Origin: Mustelus asterias
Taxonomy: Eukaryota
NCBI RefSeq assembly: GCF_964213995.1
Contig: NC_135810.1
Coordinates: forward strand, 9,734,001 to 9,798,000
DNA: 64,000 bases
Direction: 5' to 3'
Below the pieces are notes generated by a model, which saw only the letters and a program-made list of their open reading frames with translations, ran no database searches and was not told where the DNA came from. Positions 10,822 through 23,509 of this stretch are shown here, in pieces (positions within the stretch are counted from its first letter, which is position 1; each line of letters begins with the position of its first letter). A program made the translations under genes and the position numbers.

Positions 10822-11396
10822 AGGAGGAGAAAAAATTACCTCATTTTCCATTTGATAATTCATCAGCTCTCCATCTAACATTTTTGCACAGAACCATATT
10901 CTGCGTCAAGACAAAACTAAATCTGTGTTTGTTGAACTGAAGACGTAAATGGCAATAAAATTTAACTTTTGAAAAATTCCCAAAATAAATCTTCAACGTT
11001 ATTCTTGAGGCAAATAATCCACTTATTCTGAAAGAAAACATCCTGTTGAATCCAATGGTAAAGGAAGAATGACTAAGGAGCCAGACAAATTTCAGTAATT
11101 TAGCTAAGGGCTCCAGATGTCTTTTAATGTACACATGAGCCCTTTATAGCTGCACTTTGCCATCTCACATTTACTTCTATTCATGGGGGAATTGGTGCTT
11201 GCTAATACCTAAACCATTATTGTTTTCAGAAGGATTGAGAAATAAAGTGAATATAATTCTATATTTCTTAAGTCAGAAGACATTACTTCAAAAGTCAGAC
11301 TCCCCTCCTCAGACATGCTTGCCAGTATAGTGGGATCCCTCGATCCACGTGAGGCCAGAAGGCAAGTGTCAGCCACTGAAGCAAAGTTGAGCAAGC

Positions 11397-11745
11397 TGGG
11401 AGGCGATGGCCTAGTGGTATTATCACCGGACTATTAATCCAGGAACTCAGTTAATTTTCTGGGGACCGGAGTTCGAATCCCACCATGGCAGATGATGAAA
11501 TTTGAATTCAATAATAAAAAAAATCTGGAATTGAGAATCTACTGATGACCGTGAAACCATTGTCGATTGTCGAAAAACCCATCTGGTTCACTACTGTCCT
11601 TTAGCGAAGGAAATCTGCCATCCTTACCTGGTCTGGCCTCCATGTGACTCCAGAGCAAATGGTTGACTGTCAACTGCCCTTGGGCAACTAAGGTTGAACA
11701 ATGTTGACCAGCCAGTGACACCCATGTCCCATGAATGAATAAATA
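11397..11745 (+). mobile_element. tRNA-derived SINE with L2-like (TGAA)n tail
   Basis: A box tggcctagtgg, B box gttcgaatccc; tail cccatgaatgaataaa; near-identical family members at 12790-13148 and 60583-60950. Confidence 0.75.
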
Positions 11746-11876
11746 ATTTTTTAAAAAGCTTGGTTTCTTAGCAGAGTTTGATCCAGTCATTGCTCATTGT
11801 TCAGACACATGCCCAAAGGCATATTTCATAACTTGCCAATCAGAAGCCATGATAGTACAAAGTAAAATGAGGAACA

Positions 11877-12765
11877 ACATAGAACATAGAACACTACAGC
11901 GCAGTACAGGCCCTTCGGCCCTCGATGTTGTGCCGACCAGTGAAACCAATCTAAAGCCCACCGAACCTACGCTATTCCAATATCATCCATATGGATAGTC
12001 ATCCAATGACTATTTAAATGCCCTTAATGTTGGCGAGTCCACTGCAGGCAGGGCATTCCACACCCTTACTACTCTCTGAGTGAAGAACCTACCTCTGACA
12101 TCTGTCCTATATCTATCACCCCTCAATTAAAACTATGTCCCCTCGTGCTAGCTATCACCATCCGAGGAAAAAGGCTCTCACTATCCACCCTGTCTGATCC
12201 TCTGATCACCTTGTATGCCTCTATTAAGTCACCTCTTAACCTTCTTCTCTCTAACGAAAACAACCTCAAGTCCCTCAGCCTTTCCTCATAAGACCTTCCC
12301 ACCATACCAGGCAACATTCTGGTAAATCTCCTCTGCACCCTTTCCAATGCTTCCACATCCTTCCTATAATGCGGCGCCCAGAACTGTACGCAATACTCCA
12401 AGTGCGGCCGCACCAGAGTTTTGTACAGCTGCAACATGACCTCCTGGCTCCGAAACTCAATCCCTCTACCAATAAAAGCTAACACTCTGTACGCCTTCTT
12501 ACAACCCTATCAACCTGGGTGCCAACTTTCAGGGATCTATGCACATGGACACCGAGATCTCTCTGTTCATCCACACTACCAAGTATCTTACCATTAGCCC
12601 AGTACTCTGTAATCCTGTTACTCCTTCCAAAGTGAATCACCTCACACTTTTCCGCATTAAACTCCATTTGCCACCTCTCAGCCCAGCTCTGCAGCTTATC
12701 TATGTCCCTCTGTAACCTGCAACAACCTTCCACACTGTCCACAACTCCACCGACTTTAGTGTCAT
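11877..12765 (-). mobile_element. 5'-truncated CR1 LINE (RT C-terminus and 3' tail)
   Basis: ORFs 12479-12742 and 12123-12485: LQRDIDKL..WAERWQMEFNAEKCEV..LYKTLVRPHLEYCVQFWAP; (CATAGAA)n tail. Confidence 0.92.
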
Positions 12766-12789
12766 TTAGTAATGGGACAGGCTAAGAGG

Positions 12790-13148
12790 GGAGGCAGTGG
12801 CTAGTAGTATTATCGCTGGCCTATTAATCCAGAAACTCAGCTAATGTTCTGGGGACCCAGGTTCAAATCTTGCCACAGCAGATGGTGGAATTTGAATTCA
12901 ATAAAAATATCTGGAATTAAGAATCCACTGAGGACCATGAAGCCATTGTCGATTGTCGGAAAAATTAATCTGGCTCATTAATTCCCTTTAGGGATGGAAA
13001 TCTGCCGTCCTTAACTGGTCTGGCCTACATGTGACTCCAGAGCCACAGCAATGTGGTTGACTCTCAACTGCCTTCCAAGAACAATCAGAGATGGGCAATA
13101 AATGCTGGCCATCCAGCAACGCCCATGTCCCACGAATGAATTAAAAAA
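12790..13148 (+). mobile_element. tRNA-derived SINE with L2-like tail
   Basis: Same family as 11397-11745. Confidence 0.75.
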
Positions 13149-13189
13149 TATATGTGGTTAGAGGAGGAGTAAGTGGGAATATGGGAATC

Positions 13190-13810
13190 TTTTCCAATGA
13201 CTGTCACCCAAACAAAAAAATGGGGTCAGAGGTCGTGATCAGAACTTGTTGAATGTGTTGAGTCTTGAATGCTGTCGACTGCTTGATCGAAAGATGAGGT
13301 GATGTTCCACAAGCTTATGTTGAACTTAATTGGAAACAGCAGGAGACCAATGGCAGAGAGGGCAGAACGGGAGTGGGATGGAGTATTGCAATAACGGATG
13401 ACCAGAAGCTCAGGGTCACACTTGTGGACTGAACGCAGGTGTTCCACAAAGCAGTGATCCAATCAGCCTTTGGACTCCCCATCGCAGAGGAGACCACACT
13501 GTGAGTAACAATTACAGGGTATTAAAGATAGAGGTACAGGGACACCAGCTGTTTCACCTGGACAGAATGTTTGGGATCTTGGATGGTGAGAAATGAGGAA
13601 GTAAAAAGACTGGTCTTTCGATTAGGCATTTCACAACCTTGCAGATTCAACATTTAGTTCAACAAATAATGTCTACCCCATTCTATTTGGATTCTGGTTT
13701 TTGATGATGAATCTGTTTTCCCCATTCACACCTCCTCTAGATCTATCCTTTACTTCTTTAGTTATCCCTTTATTACCTTCTTTCCCCATGCACCATCATC
13801 CTTTTTGCCA
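13190..13810 (-). mobile_element. Degenerate Penelope-like element (GIY-YIG endonuclease region) with inverted 3' piece
   Basis: Reverse strand resembles C..CGLL..GE.K..LDHCFVEHLRSVHK.DPEL.V...N, as in the Penelope GIY-YIG C-terminal part; from about 13615 a similar 3' segment runs on the plus strand. Confidence 0.6.
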
Positions 13811-13821
13811 ATCTGATTTGA

Positions 13822-14000
13822 CTAATCTATCTGTAGGTCAAAATCACCCATGATTACTGTCATATCTTTCTCACAAGACCCCATTATTTCTACCTGTATA
13901 CCCCATCCTACGGTATAGTTACACTTCGGAGGCCTATAAACTATTCCCACAAGTGACTTCTTACTTTTGCCATTTCTAATCTCTACCCAAACTGAAATCA
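13822..14000 (-). mobile_element. CR1 endonuclease fragment
   Basis: SVWVEIRNGKSKKSLVGIVYRPP..VIMGDFDLQID. Confidence 0.8.
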
Positions 14001-14004
14001 AATC

Positions 14005-14215
14005 TTTTGATTTGATTTGATTCGATTTATTATTGTCACATGTGTTGGGATACAGTGAAAAGTATTGTTTCTTGTGCGCTATACAAAGTATACCGTTCAT
14101 AGAGTACATAGGGGAGAAGGAAAGGAGAGTGTGCAGATTGTAGTGTTACAGTCAGAGCTGGGGTGGAGAGAAAGATCAACTTAGTGCGAGGTAGATCAAA
14201 TCAAATCAAATCAAG
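14005..14215 (-). mobile_element. Rex1/Babar-type LINE 3' end
   Basis: (TTGAT)n tail followed by ttattattgtcacatg... Confidence 0.7.
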
Positions 14216-14704
14216 GTAAAATGATTTGAATGTGACTATTAAACTGACATGGAGTGAGAGATGGGCAACATTATGGAGGAGGGGCCTTTGCACCTTTGTG
14301 ACAAAGTTCAGTTTAGGATCAATAGAACCCCAATTTGTGAACAGACAGATTCAGCTCAAGGCAGTGACCAGGGTTCGGGTTACTGTTGGTGTGGAGGGAA
14401 ATGCCATATAATGTAACCATTCACTCATGCAACTAAGGTGCCACTTCCGTTGTAGCGGATTACAGGAGGTGATGCCCTACACTATCCAAATCAAATGCAG
14501 CAAATAGAGGCAGTTGAAAGATTTTCCAGGTAACTTTAGCATCTGGTTCTGGTGCTGTTCTCTGACAAAGACATGCAATCAAATTGACCAAAGTTAATTT
14601 CTCAGTCCAAAGATGAAGGAAGTATCACAAAGGTGTAATTGTCATATTTTAGGTTTACTTAAAAAAGGATCTTTCTTTTAAAGGGACCCAAAGAGCCGAA
14701 AGTC

Positions 14705-15009
14705 TATTTATTTATTATTGTCACAAATAAGCTTACATTAACACTGCAATGAAGTTACTGTGAAAATCCCCCAGTTGCCACACTCTGGCGCCTGTTCGGG
14801 TACACTGAAGGAAAATTTAGCATGGCCAATGCACCTAACCAACATGTCTTTCAGACTGTGGGAGGAACCCGGAGCACCCGGAGGAAACCCGCACAGACAC
14901 AGGGAGAATGTGCAGACTCCACACAGACAGTGACCCAAGCCAGGAATCAAACCCGGGTCCCTGGCACTGTGGGGCAGCAGTGCTAACCATTGTGCCACCA
15001 TGCTGCCCC
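14705..15009 (-). mobile_element. HE1-like SINE variant with non-CR1 (Rex1-like) tail
   Basis: HE1 head and V-domain, then tail ...cagtgtacccgaacaggcgcc...gtaacttcattgcagtgttaatgtaagc...tgtgacaataataaataa. Confidence 0.8.
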
Positions 15010-15344
15010 TGATTTCAGTTTGGGTAGAGATTAGAAATGGCAAAAATAAAAAATGGCTGCCAAAAGTCACTTGATGTGGAAACATTTGCCTATCTTCTGG
15101 AAGCCTCCAAGTGGACTGCAAGTAGATATATCCAGATATCTGAAGACCATTGAAATCCAATTCACACTTCCACAAAGGTAAACGGAAACTCATTGCCAAT
15201 GGTTTCCCTGGAAGTGTGAATAGCTCTTTACTATGTCTCCAAACCCAGAAGGATGGGAGTCATTTTAGTTAATGACTGAGACATTTAATAGGTTAATTAC
15301 CTTACCTAAAAGACAATGGATGGGACTCTGTACCCTAACTAAAC

Positions 15345-15650
15345 TTACCATAAACAGGTCCAAGCAGTGGGCAGTTGTTCGATCTGACTGTCAGCCCCTC
15401 TACCATGACTACATTCCAGTCCCTGGAGAGGGAGCATGCAGTGTCTGAGGGTACTGTGGATGCTTTCCGTGCCTGCTGGGCACTGCAAGGGCTGGGATGT
15501 ATTATCGACCCCTTTAATCACATTTTAGTTTGATGTTTTAAGTTTCCTTTCTAATTGGTCTTTTGTTTCAGGTGGTTCCCTTCTTTTTGGGGGCTGCCCC
15601 TTTTAATTTGTCCCTCAGTAAATTTGATTCAGTTTACTTGTTTAGTCTAA
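15345..15650 (+). mobile_element. Tx1/L1-type LINE 3' fragment
   Basis: Degenerate ..SLEREHAVSEGTVDAFRACWALQGLGCIIDP.NHIL.., resembling Tx1 ORF2 C-termini. Confidence 0.55.
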
Positions 15651-16073
15651 AAGATAAACCATGTCCTCTGACCTAATATGGAAGCATGATTTGATAGTTA
15701 AGGATCGAAGCCATTTTCAGTTTTGAACTATATAAAGTCTGACTGAATGCAGTCATTTTCTGCAAAGAACCCAAAGCCCTCTGGAAGCTTATGTCCATCC
15801 CATAGGAGTGAACAACAGAGAGCAGGTTTCTCTCTGCCATCAGGAGTCAGAGGAAAAGTTGGCCAGAAATCGTCACTGTTATGCTAAAAAAGCAATCCAA
15901 GCAGTCTTCAAGTGTAGTGCTGGCAGAACTAGTCAAGAAACCTTCGCTTGTCCTCCTAAGCTGTTTTAACCATTGAGTCCACCTGAAAAGACAAACATCA
16001 TCTCGGCAACTACAAAAGTCATCGCAGCTGCTGAACATAACCAATTTCTCCAGACAACCAACACTCCACTGTG

Positions 16074-16360
16074 AGCACGGTGGCACAGTTGTTAGCATTG
16101 CTGCCTCAGAGCGCCAGGGACCCAGGTTCGATTCCCGGCTTGTGTGCAGTTGCACGTTCTCCCCATGTCTGCATGGGTTTCCTTCAGGTGCTCTGGTTTC
16201 CTCCTACAGTCCAAAGGTATGCTGGTTAGGTCGATTAGCCATGCTAAATTCTCCCTCAGTGTACCCAAACAGGCGCTGGAGTGTGGCAACTATGGGATTT
16301 TCACAGTAACTTCATTGCAATGTTAATGTCAGCCTATTTGTGACTAATAAATAAACTTTT
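16074..16360 (+). mobile_element. HE1-like SINE variant (Rex1-like tail)
   Basis: Same structure as 14705-15009. Confidence 0.8.
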
Positions 16361-16449
16361 AAATTAGCTATGGCCGTACAATGGTATCTTAATGGACTGA
16401 ACTGGACCTAATCTTTACAAGTATCTTGTATCTTTACCTGCATCTAATC

Positions 16450-16925
16450 TTTCTGGTTGCATTATTTCTGGTTGTATCACAGCTTGGTATGGCTCCTGCT
16501 CCGCCCAAGACCACAAGGAACTACAAAAGATCATGAATGTAGCCCAGTCTCCCATCCATTGACTCTGTCTACACTTCCCGCTGCCTCGGCAAAGCAGCCA
16601 GCATAATTAAGGACCCCACGCACTCCAGACATCCTCTCTTCCACCTTCTTCCTTTGGGAAAAAGATACAAAAGTCTGAGGTCACATACCAACCGACTTAA
16701 GAACAGCTTCTTCCCTGCTGCTGTCAGACTTTTGAATGGACTTAACTTGCATTAAGTTGATCTTTCTCTACACCCTAGCTACGACTGTAACACTACATTC
16801 TGCACTCTCTCATTTCCTTCTCGATGAATAGTATGTTTTGTCTGTATAGCGTGCAAGAAACAATACTTTTCACTGTGTGTTAAGACATGTGACAATAATA
16901 AATCAAATCAAATCAAACCAAACCA
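16450..16925 (+). mobile_element. Rex1/Babar-type LINE 3' fragment
   Basis: SIISGCITAWYGSCSAQDHKELQKI...; (TCAAA)n tail. Confidence 0.8.
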
Positions 16926-17748
16926 AATCTTTGTAACTATCTTTGAGCTAATAGCTTAATCACTTTTACTTCAGAAACTTGCAGCAGTAGTTTTGCAATA
17001 AAAGAACCTTTGACTAAAGCTTAACTGTTTGGTTATCTTTTTTTAAAGTGAAGCACTCACAAGTTATAAGGGGGCTACATATAGACACACACAAATTCTT
17101 AGCTTGCGGACCACTTTGAGGATATGCCTGTCATGGGGTTGTAAAGAATGTGTGTTCCTTAGATTGAGGGGACTAACTGGTGGGACATGAGTTTTAAATG
17201 TGAGAATGGTAATCATTAAACACCGAAGTTTTAAGGCATTATAATGAAATTGGTTACTGCTCCTCCCTCTTTACAAGAAGCACGTACATTTGTCTTCATA
17301 GGATTCAGTCAAAAGATCCTCTCATCTTCTAGATGAGACCAGCCATAGTACACAACAATGAAGGGCAGTAAAGCAGACTCTCCTCATAAGTGCGCACATT
17401 CTCGACACTGTAATGCAAATATCCTTGTAATATCAGTTACAAAATTGGATGGGCACTTGAGGGAAATAAACTTGCATGGCTATAGGAATAGAACAGAGGA
17501 ATTGGACTGACATTGCACTATAGAGAGCCAGCATCAACTCGATGGGCCAAAGGGTCCCCTACTGTGCCTTAATGACTCTGTGACTTGAAACCAATTGCGT
17601 AATCTGATAACCTAAATGGTGATTTCAGTGTTCACAGCTGGAGTTATTAGAAATATGTTTATTTGCCCACAAGCATGTTTTTGGTTACTTTACTCATCGT
17701 TTGCTTAAGCAACAAATTCTGATAATATAATTGCTGACTCGGAGGAAC

Positions 17749-18057
17749 TAGAATCATAGAATCCCTACAGCGCAGAAGGAGGCCATGTGGTCCATCGAGT
17801 CTGCACCGACCACAATCCCACCCAGGCCCTATTCCTGTAACCCCACATATTTACCCTGCTAATCCCCTGACACTAGAGTCAATTCAGCATGGCCAATCTA
17901 CCTAACCCGCACATCTTTGGACTGTGGGAAGAAACCAGAGCACCCGGAGGAAGCCCACGCAGACATGGAGAGAAAGTGCAAACTCCACAGACAGTGACCC
18001 GAGGCCAGAATTGAACCGGGGTCCCTGGCGTTGTGAGGCAGCAGTGCTAACCACTGT
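17749..18057 (-). mobile_element. HE1 SINE
   Basis: Near full-length reverse-complement HE1 with (catagaat)n tail. Confidence 0.85.
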
Positions 18058-19059
18058 TAGTGGGACATAGTTTGAAGATGGTAATCAGGGGCATTACATG
18101 TTATAAAGGTCTAAACTATTTTTTTAAATATGAAAGATGTTACATGGTCTTGTAAAAGGCGGATGATAATGTGATTCTCAGCAACCCAGATCTTATTTAT
18201 CCATTGAATTACTTCACAACCTGGATATAATTTGCACTATTGTACTGTCTATAAAATTAGCACACTATTTGTCTCTCGCAGCTGTTTTATTGCATTATAT
18301 ATTGGCTTTCTATTGAACCAGCTCAGCATCAATGACAACAAAGGATTCTTTGAAGAATCTAACAAACTGAATGTGTGCACTGATGATATGCTTGAGACCA
18401 ATGGGCAACATTAGCAGGATAAAACCTGACATAAATACGCAGTGACACCTTATAGATGTCTTGGAAAAGCAATTTAAAGAATTGAATTCCAATCCTTTGG
18501 GATATTCTGTCTGTAAAATGGAGCAGTCATTTTAAAAAAACTCCAGCATCTCTGCATCAGGTATTAGAAAACACTGGTCACGCAAGTCTGTGTCATTAAG
18601 GTGAAATCAAAAAGGCTTTGAATTTTTTTTTCTTTTAAAATATTGTGCATGCATTATTTATTATGGATTCCAATGGGAACAGGATTCATAAACTTGCCAC
18701 TCCTGAAGTAACAGTTGGCTCTTATTGTAGATCAGGAGACAATTGATGATACAGAGCCAATGTTTGGTTAAAGCTGTTCTGTGTACAATACTATTATGGA
18801 GACTGCATTTGTGATACAGACACAGAGGTATGAAAAAAACCCTCGATTTTTCTGTCGATTTTAATGCTGTCAGTTAGAACAGTGCTGACTACGTTTTCTT
18901 ATGCTTGATTTAGTGAAAAATGAATTTGATAGTGTAAATGCCAGGAAACCAAGTATGACAACATCTGAGGAAACCCTTAAATTTTGTCATTGGTGAGAAA
19001 GCACTCTGAGACAACCTGAGGTTGGGGGAGATGGTATATAATTGTTATAAAGATGTCAT

Positions 19060-21870
19060 GGGTGAAATTTTATCAAACAAATTGGCAGAGCGTTGGTTCC
19101 AGCAAGAAAAACGTATTTCTCTGGAGACGCTGGTTTTTTTTCTCCAGATCTTACCACACACTGGCCGGAATTTTATCGACAGGCCCAGCCTGGAATCGGA
19201 GTGGGTGCGGCTCGGAGAACGGAATTCTCCATTGGCCTCGAGCGGGATTTTACGAGACTGGCCCGAGCGACGTCGCAAAATACTGGCCTCTGTCACTCCA
19301 TCAGGTGGAGAGGAGGGGCTAAACACACTGGCAAAGCCCGGCTGCACTGAGATTGAGGCATCCTGTTTAAAGGGTGCCCCGATTAGCCCAGAAAGTAACC
19401 TCCTCACCCCCCCCCCCCCCCCACCCCACGCCAACTCCACCATGGAGGTCTCAGGGGTTCCCCTCCTGCAGCCCTATCCTGTCCCCCACCCCTGTGATCA
19501 GAACAGACATTCGCCTCTCCCTCTGCAACAGGCAATGCCAGCACTCCCTGCACTCCCAACAGTCAATTAGGCAATAACCCCCCCCCCATCCCCAGGTCAT
19601 TGATCCGCTTCCCCCTCCAAGCCCGCATCCAATCAGCCATCGCCAACATCCCCAGCTCTCACATCCGTTCTCCCTCCACTGTCACAAATAAGTGAATCCC
19701 CCCCACCGCCATGAGGCTCCCACTGGAGTCATCCCCTGGCAATGCCTCCTGCTACAGGTTGACACTGCCATGTTGGCCTGGTGCCAATGTGTGCCGGGGG
19801 CATTGCTTGACCACATCCATCTTCCCCAGGAGAAATACTCACCTTTACACATCCAGAGGGGATCTCATGATGGAATCTCATCTGGGTGAACCCGTAGTAA
19901 ACTGTGCCACTGTGACAACGTATTGGCAAGGTTTGAAAATACACCTTGGGCTCAATATATGGTGAGGGAATGGTTAATTATATATTAATGTATTCAAATG
20001 TACTGAAAAAAGGTTCATGCCCGCTGTATATCCAAGATTCTTTGATACCGTTCTGGATGTCTTGGTGGAGAAGATGGGCAGGTTAAGGGATGGCCTTTAT
20101 CCACAGGAACCTCCCGACAAACTGTGTGGAGCTCAAGTTGCGATAGTTATGGGAGCCAATACCAGGAGCCTAGCCCCAACAACCTGGAAGTTGTATCCCA
20201 AAAAGTTCAATGACCTGACATGGACACTCAAAATCATTGAATGACTTCAAATGCCATATCCCACCAGCTCCCTCACTGGCCTCACACTCTGCTCAGTGCA
20301 CCATCACTCCATCACTCGCCTCCCAGCCTTTTCATGACTCACACATAATATTCCTATGTTTATCTCACCTTCACGCATATAGTATTGCTACAAGCCTCAC
20401 ACTTGCATCTCACAGCTTGCACACTTTGCCAGCTATTCAATCATGACCATCATATGCCCAAATCCTTTGAAACACACTCCCTGAAACACACACAGATTTC
20501 AGGGCAAACTTCCCCATAACCAGAGGTAGCAGGAATTAACTGGTGGACAGGCATGGTTACGTGACCTTTCTTCCCTGACAAGATGATGTTTATCCTCCAA
20601 AGATGTGTTGGTTAGGTGCAATGGCCATGATAAATTGCCCCTCAGTGTCCCAGGATGCATAGGTTAGGGGGATTAGTGTGGTAAATATGTGGGGTTATGG
20701 GGATAGGGCCTGGATGGGATTGTTGTTGGTGTAGACTCAATGGGCTGAATGGCCTCCTTCAGGACTGTAGGGATTCTATGATTCTATGATTATCATAATT
20801 GGAGCAACAATGACTGAGGATATGGTCAGTGGCTGAAATCATTGAAGGTGGCAGTGTCCTCAAACTCACATCCCACATGCCTCTCATTCCATAATCTCTT
20901 CTGATCTCTAAGCTATAAGTCAGCATGCAGCTTTTGGATACCCCCTGCCACCCCACCCATCCCCACCCCTGCGCTCGTCACAAGCCTGCTCTTGTGACTG
21001 TTTTCCTTCAGACTCCCAAGAACTGCAATGTGGCCAGGTAGTGGTGGAAGAGGAAGAAGTGGAGGACCAAGAAGACAGCATTGAAGAAGAAACACCATTG
21101 CTCATTCTCACATTCACAGCCACCAGCTCTGACACTGATACTGCCCATACTTTAGAGGAAAGCACTGAGGTGGCATCTGGCATAGTAAGAGTGGATTGCA
21201 ACCAGAGCCAGGGCCAAGGTGGTAGAGGTGCCTACGGCAGATGATACAAATGAAAGCTTCAGTGGGATGGCCTTCAAAGTAAGCCTGATGTGGGACATGC
21301 ACTGAAACATTTGTTGCTTTGACATGCCTGTCAGAAATTTTATCACAATGGAGGAATCTGAAATGATCTCCAATGAGCTACAGTCGCACATCATTCACTG
21401 TCTTTAGTTTAACAGAGGGGTTCCAGAATAAATGTTGAAGAGTGTTGATGTATGCTTGACTGAAGGTCACAAAGGGTCTCCCGCACTGTCTCAGAAGTCC
21501 TCTTCAAATGCAGTGGAATCGTTCTATCCCCAGTAGCAGGTGAAGCTGAAATGGCTTTAAACAGCATTTGCAACCCTTGCCAATGACTTCTTTACTCCTG
21601 TTCTGTTGGTCACTGTTACGAAGTGTCATTAGCTGCAACGTTGGCCAACAAAATGGTGTGCAGCCTCATTAATGAGCTTTTGGAATCTATTTAATTGGCC
21701 ACCAGAGTTTGCATCAGCCTCAGGGCAGCTGTTGCTAGTGGATTTGCAAACTCCTTTACCAAAATGCATGTTAAGCTAAGCACAGGCTAACCAAACATTG
21801 TTGTTAAAGACCCCATTTCCGTCACCTCCAAGACTCTTCCGCACCTGAAACTTCTGGATAAATTATTCCA
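19060..21870 (+). mobile_element. Degenerate PIF/Harbinger element with Myb/SANT-like ORF remnants (interrupted by HE1 at about 20597-20790)
   Basis: GG..(G)AATTTTATC-type ends; 20017-20244 PRFFDTVLDVLVE...LYP....QVA..GA..RSLAPTTW...KKFNDLT matches the Harbinger Myb/SANT DNA-binding protein pattern; acidic segment 21041-21244. Boundaries approximate. Confidence 0.6.
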
Positions 21871-21893
21871 TACAAAGTTAATTTTTGCTGATC

Positions 21894-22218
21894 AGCACAG
21901 TGGCACAGTGGTTAGCACTGCTGCCTCACAGTGCCAGGGACCCGGGTTTGATTGCCGGCTTGGGTCACTGTCTGTGTGGAGTCTGCACGTGTCTGCGTGA
22001 GTTTCCTCTGGGTGTTCCGGTTCCCCCCCCCCCAACAGTCCAAAGAAATGCAGGTTAGGTGGATTGGCCATGCTCACTTGCTCCTTAGTGTCAGGGAGGT
22101 TAGTAAGGTAAATATGTGGGGTTACGGGGATAGGGCCTAGGTGGGATTGTTGTTGGGTGCAGATTCGATGGGCCGAACGGCCTCCTTCTGCATTGTAGGG
22201 ATTCTATGATTCTATGAT
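21894..22218 (+). mobile_element. HE1 SINE
   Basis: Full head, V-domain and (ttctatga)n tail. Confidence 0.85.
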
Positions 22219-23169
22219 GTTATTGATCACAAAATACCCACGTTTGGGCATGCTGGCTTCAATGGGAAATCCTTACTAACATAGAGAAATGTCTGAATTT
22301 CATCTGCTGGTTGGTGTACCTTAACTTAATCCGTACCATTTTCCCAATGAAATGCAAAGGGGCCACATGATAGGCGGGTAAGGCGCTGCGTCTTAAGGGA
22401 AACTGCAGATGAGAATAGACCTTTTAATTAATTAAGATAAAGAATTTTTAAGGCATTAGACTGAACAGGTGCATGTGAATGCATGTGTGGTCCAATAATT
22501 ATGCACCATACTAATATGTCAAATGACCTGCCACATGTTCCATCAGCTTGAACACTTCGATTGATTGCCACAATTCTGAAAAGCTCATCTTATGAAATTG
22601 CGATACTGAAATGGAAAAATGAGCTTACACCCTTATCAAAATATCAACTCTGGAATTCTGCAGTATTTCTGCATAACTCCAGAAGGAGACTGTTTACAGC
22701 CCCAGGAAAAGCTTGGGGGGGCTACCCAAGAGTTTGCCTTCTTGTTTGTAAAAGTTGGAACCCTTTATTCATCTTTGTAAATATAGAATGGATGGAGTTG
22801 TACTGAGGACCAAGCCTTGATCCTCAGTTGGGGCCTAACACTGCGGCGTGGCCAATATGCCAAGTTGATGGGGTCCTGCAGTCTTCAATAAGGTTTGCAT
22901 GTGCTTCACAAGTGGGATCCAGCCCAGAGAAGGTGCATCGCTTTTTTCAAGGCAGGGTTCTCGGGGGAGCGTGAGAAACTCCATTCCCAATGGGTGGGTG
23001 GAGAAAGTTTTAGCAAGACTTGGAGATGTGCACAAACTAATGCTCACCTATCCATGCAAATGAAGTGTCTGCCCCCAACCTAGCAAACTCCAATAGGATC
23101 AACGCGAGAGGGCACTATTGACACCATCATCCCTACGCTCTTTAAATGTCTATCCAAGGTTAGAAGAAG

Positions 23170-23507
23170 AATAGAATCCCTACAGTGGAGAAGGAGGCCA
23201 CTTGGCCCATTGAGCCTGCATCGGCTCCACAACAACAATCCCACCTAGACCCAATCCCTGTAATCCCATGTACTTACCCCGCTAACTCCCCCAAGCTAAA
23301 CATCTTGGGACACTAAGGGACAGTTTAGCATGGTCAATCAACCTAACCTGTAAATCGTTGAAGTGTAGGAGGAAACCGGAGCACCTGGAGGAAATCCACG
23401 CAGGCACAGAGAGAATGTGCAAACTCCACACCGACAGTCAAGGCCGGAATTGAACCCAGGTCCCTGGCACTGTGAGGCAACAGTGCTAACCACTGTGCCA
23501 CTGTGCC
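23170..23507 (-). mobile_element. HE1 SINE
   Basis: Reverse-complement HE1. Confidence 0.85.
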
Positions 23508-23509
23508 AG

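Noticed and set aside
10838-11030. Minus-strand exon candidates (IWFCAKMLDGELMNYQMENE; NKWIICLKNN)
   Set aside because: Phases do not join to neighbouring candidates without stops; no recognisable homology.
11397-11490. tRNA genes at SINE heads (also 12790, 60583 and HE1 copies)
   Set aside because: A/B boxes are present but no complete cloverleaf or terminator; they continue into SINE bodies and tails.
19022-19570. 182-aa ORF as a host gene
   Set aside because: Lies in the GC-rich terminal region of a Harbinger-like repeat; no domain recognised.
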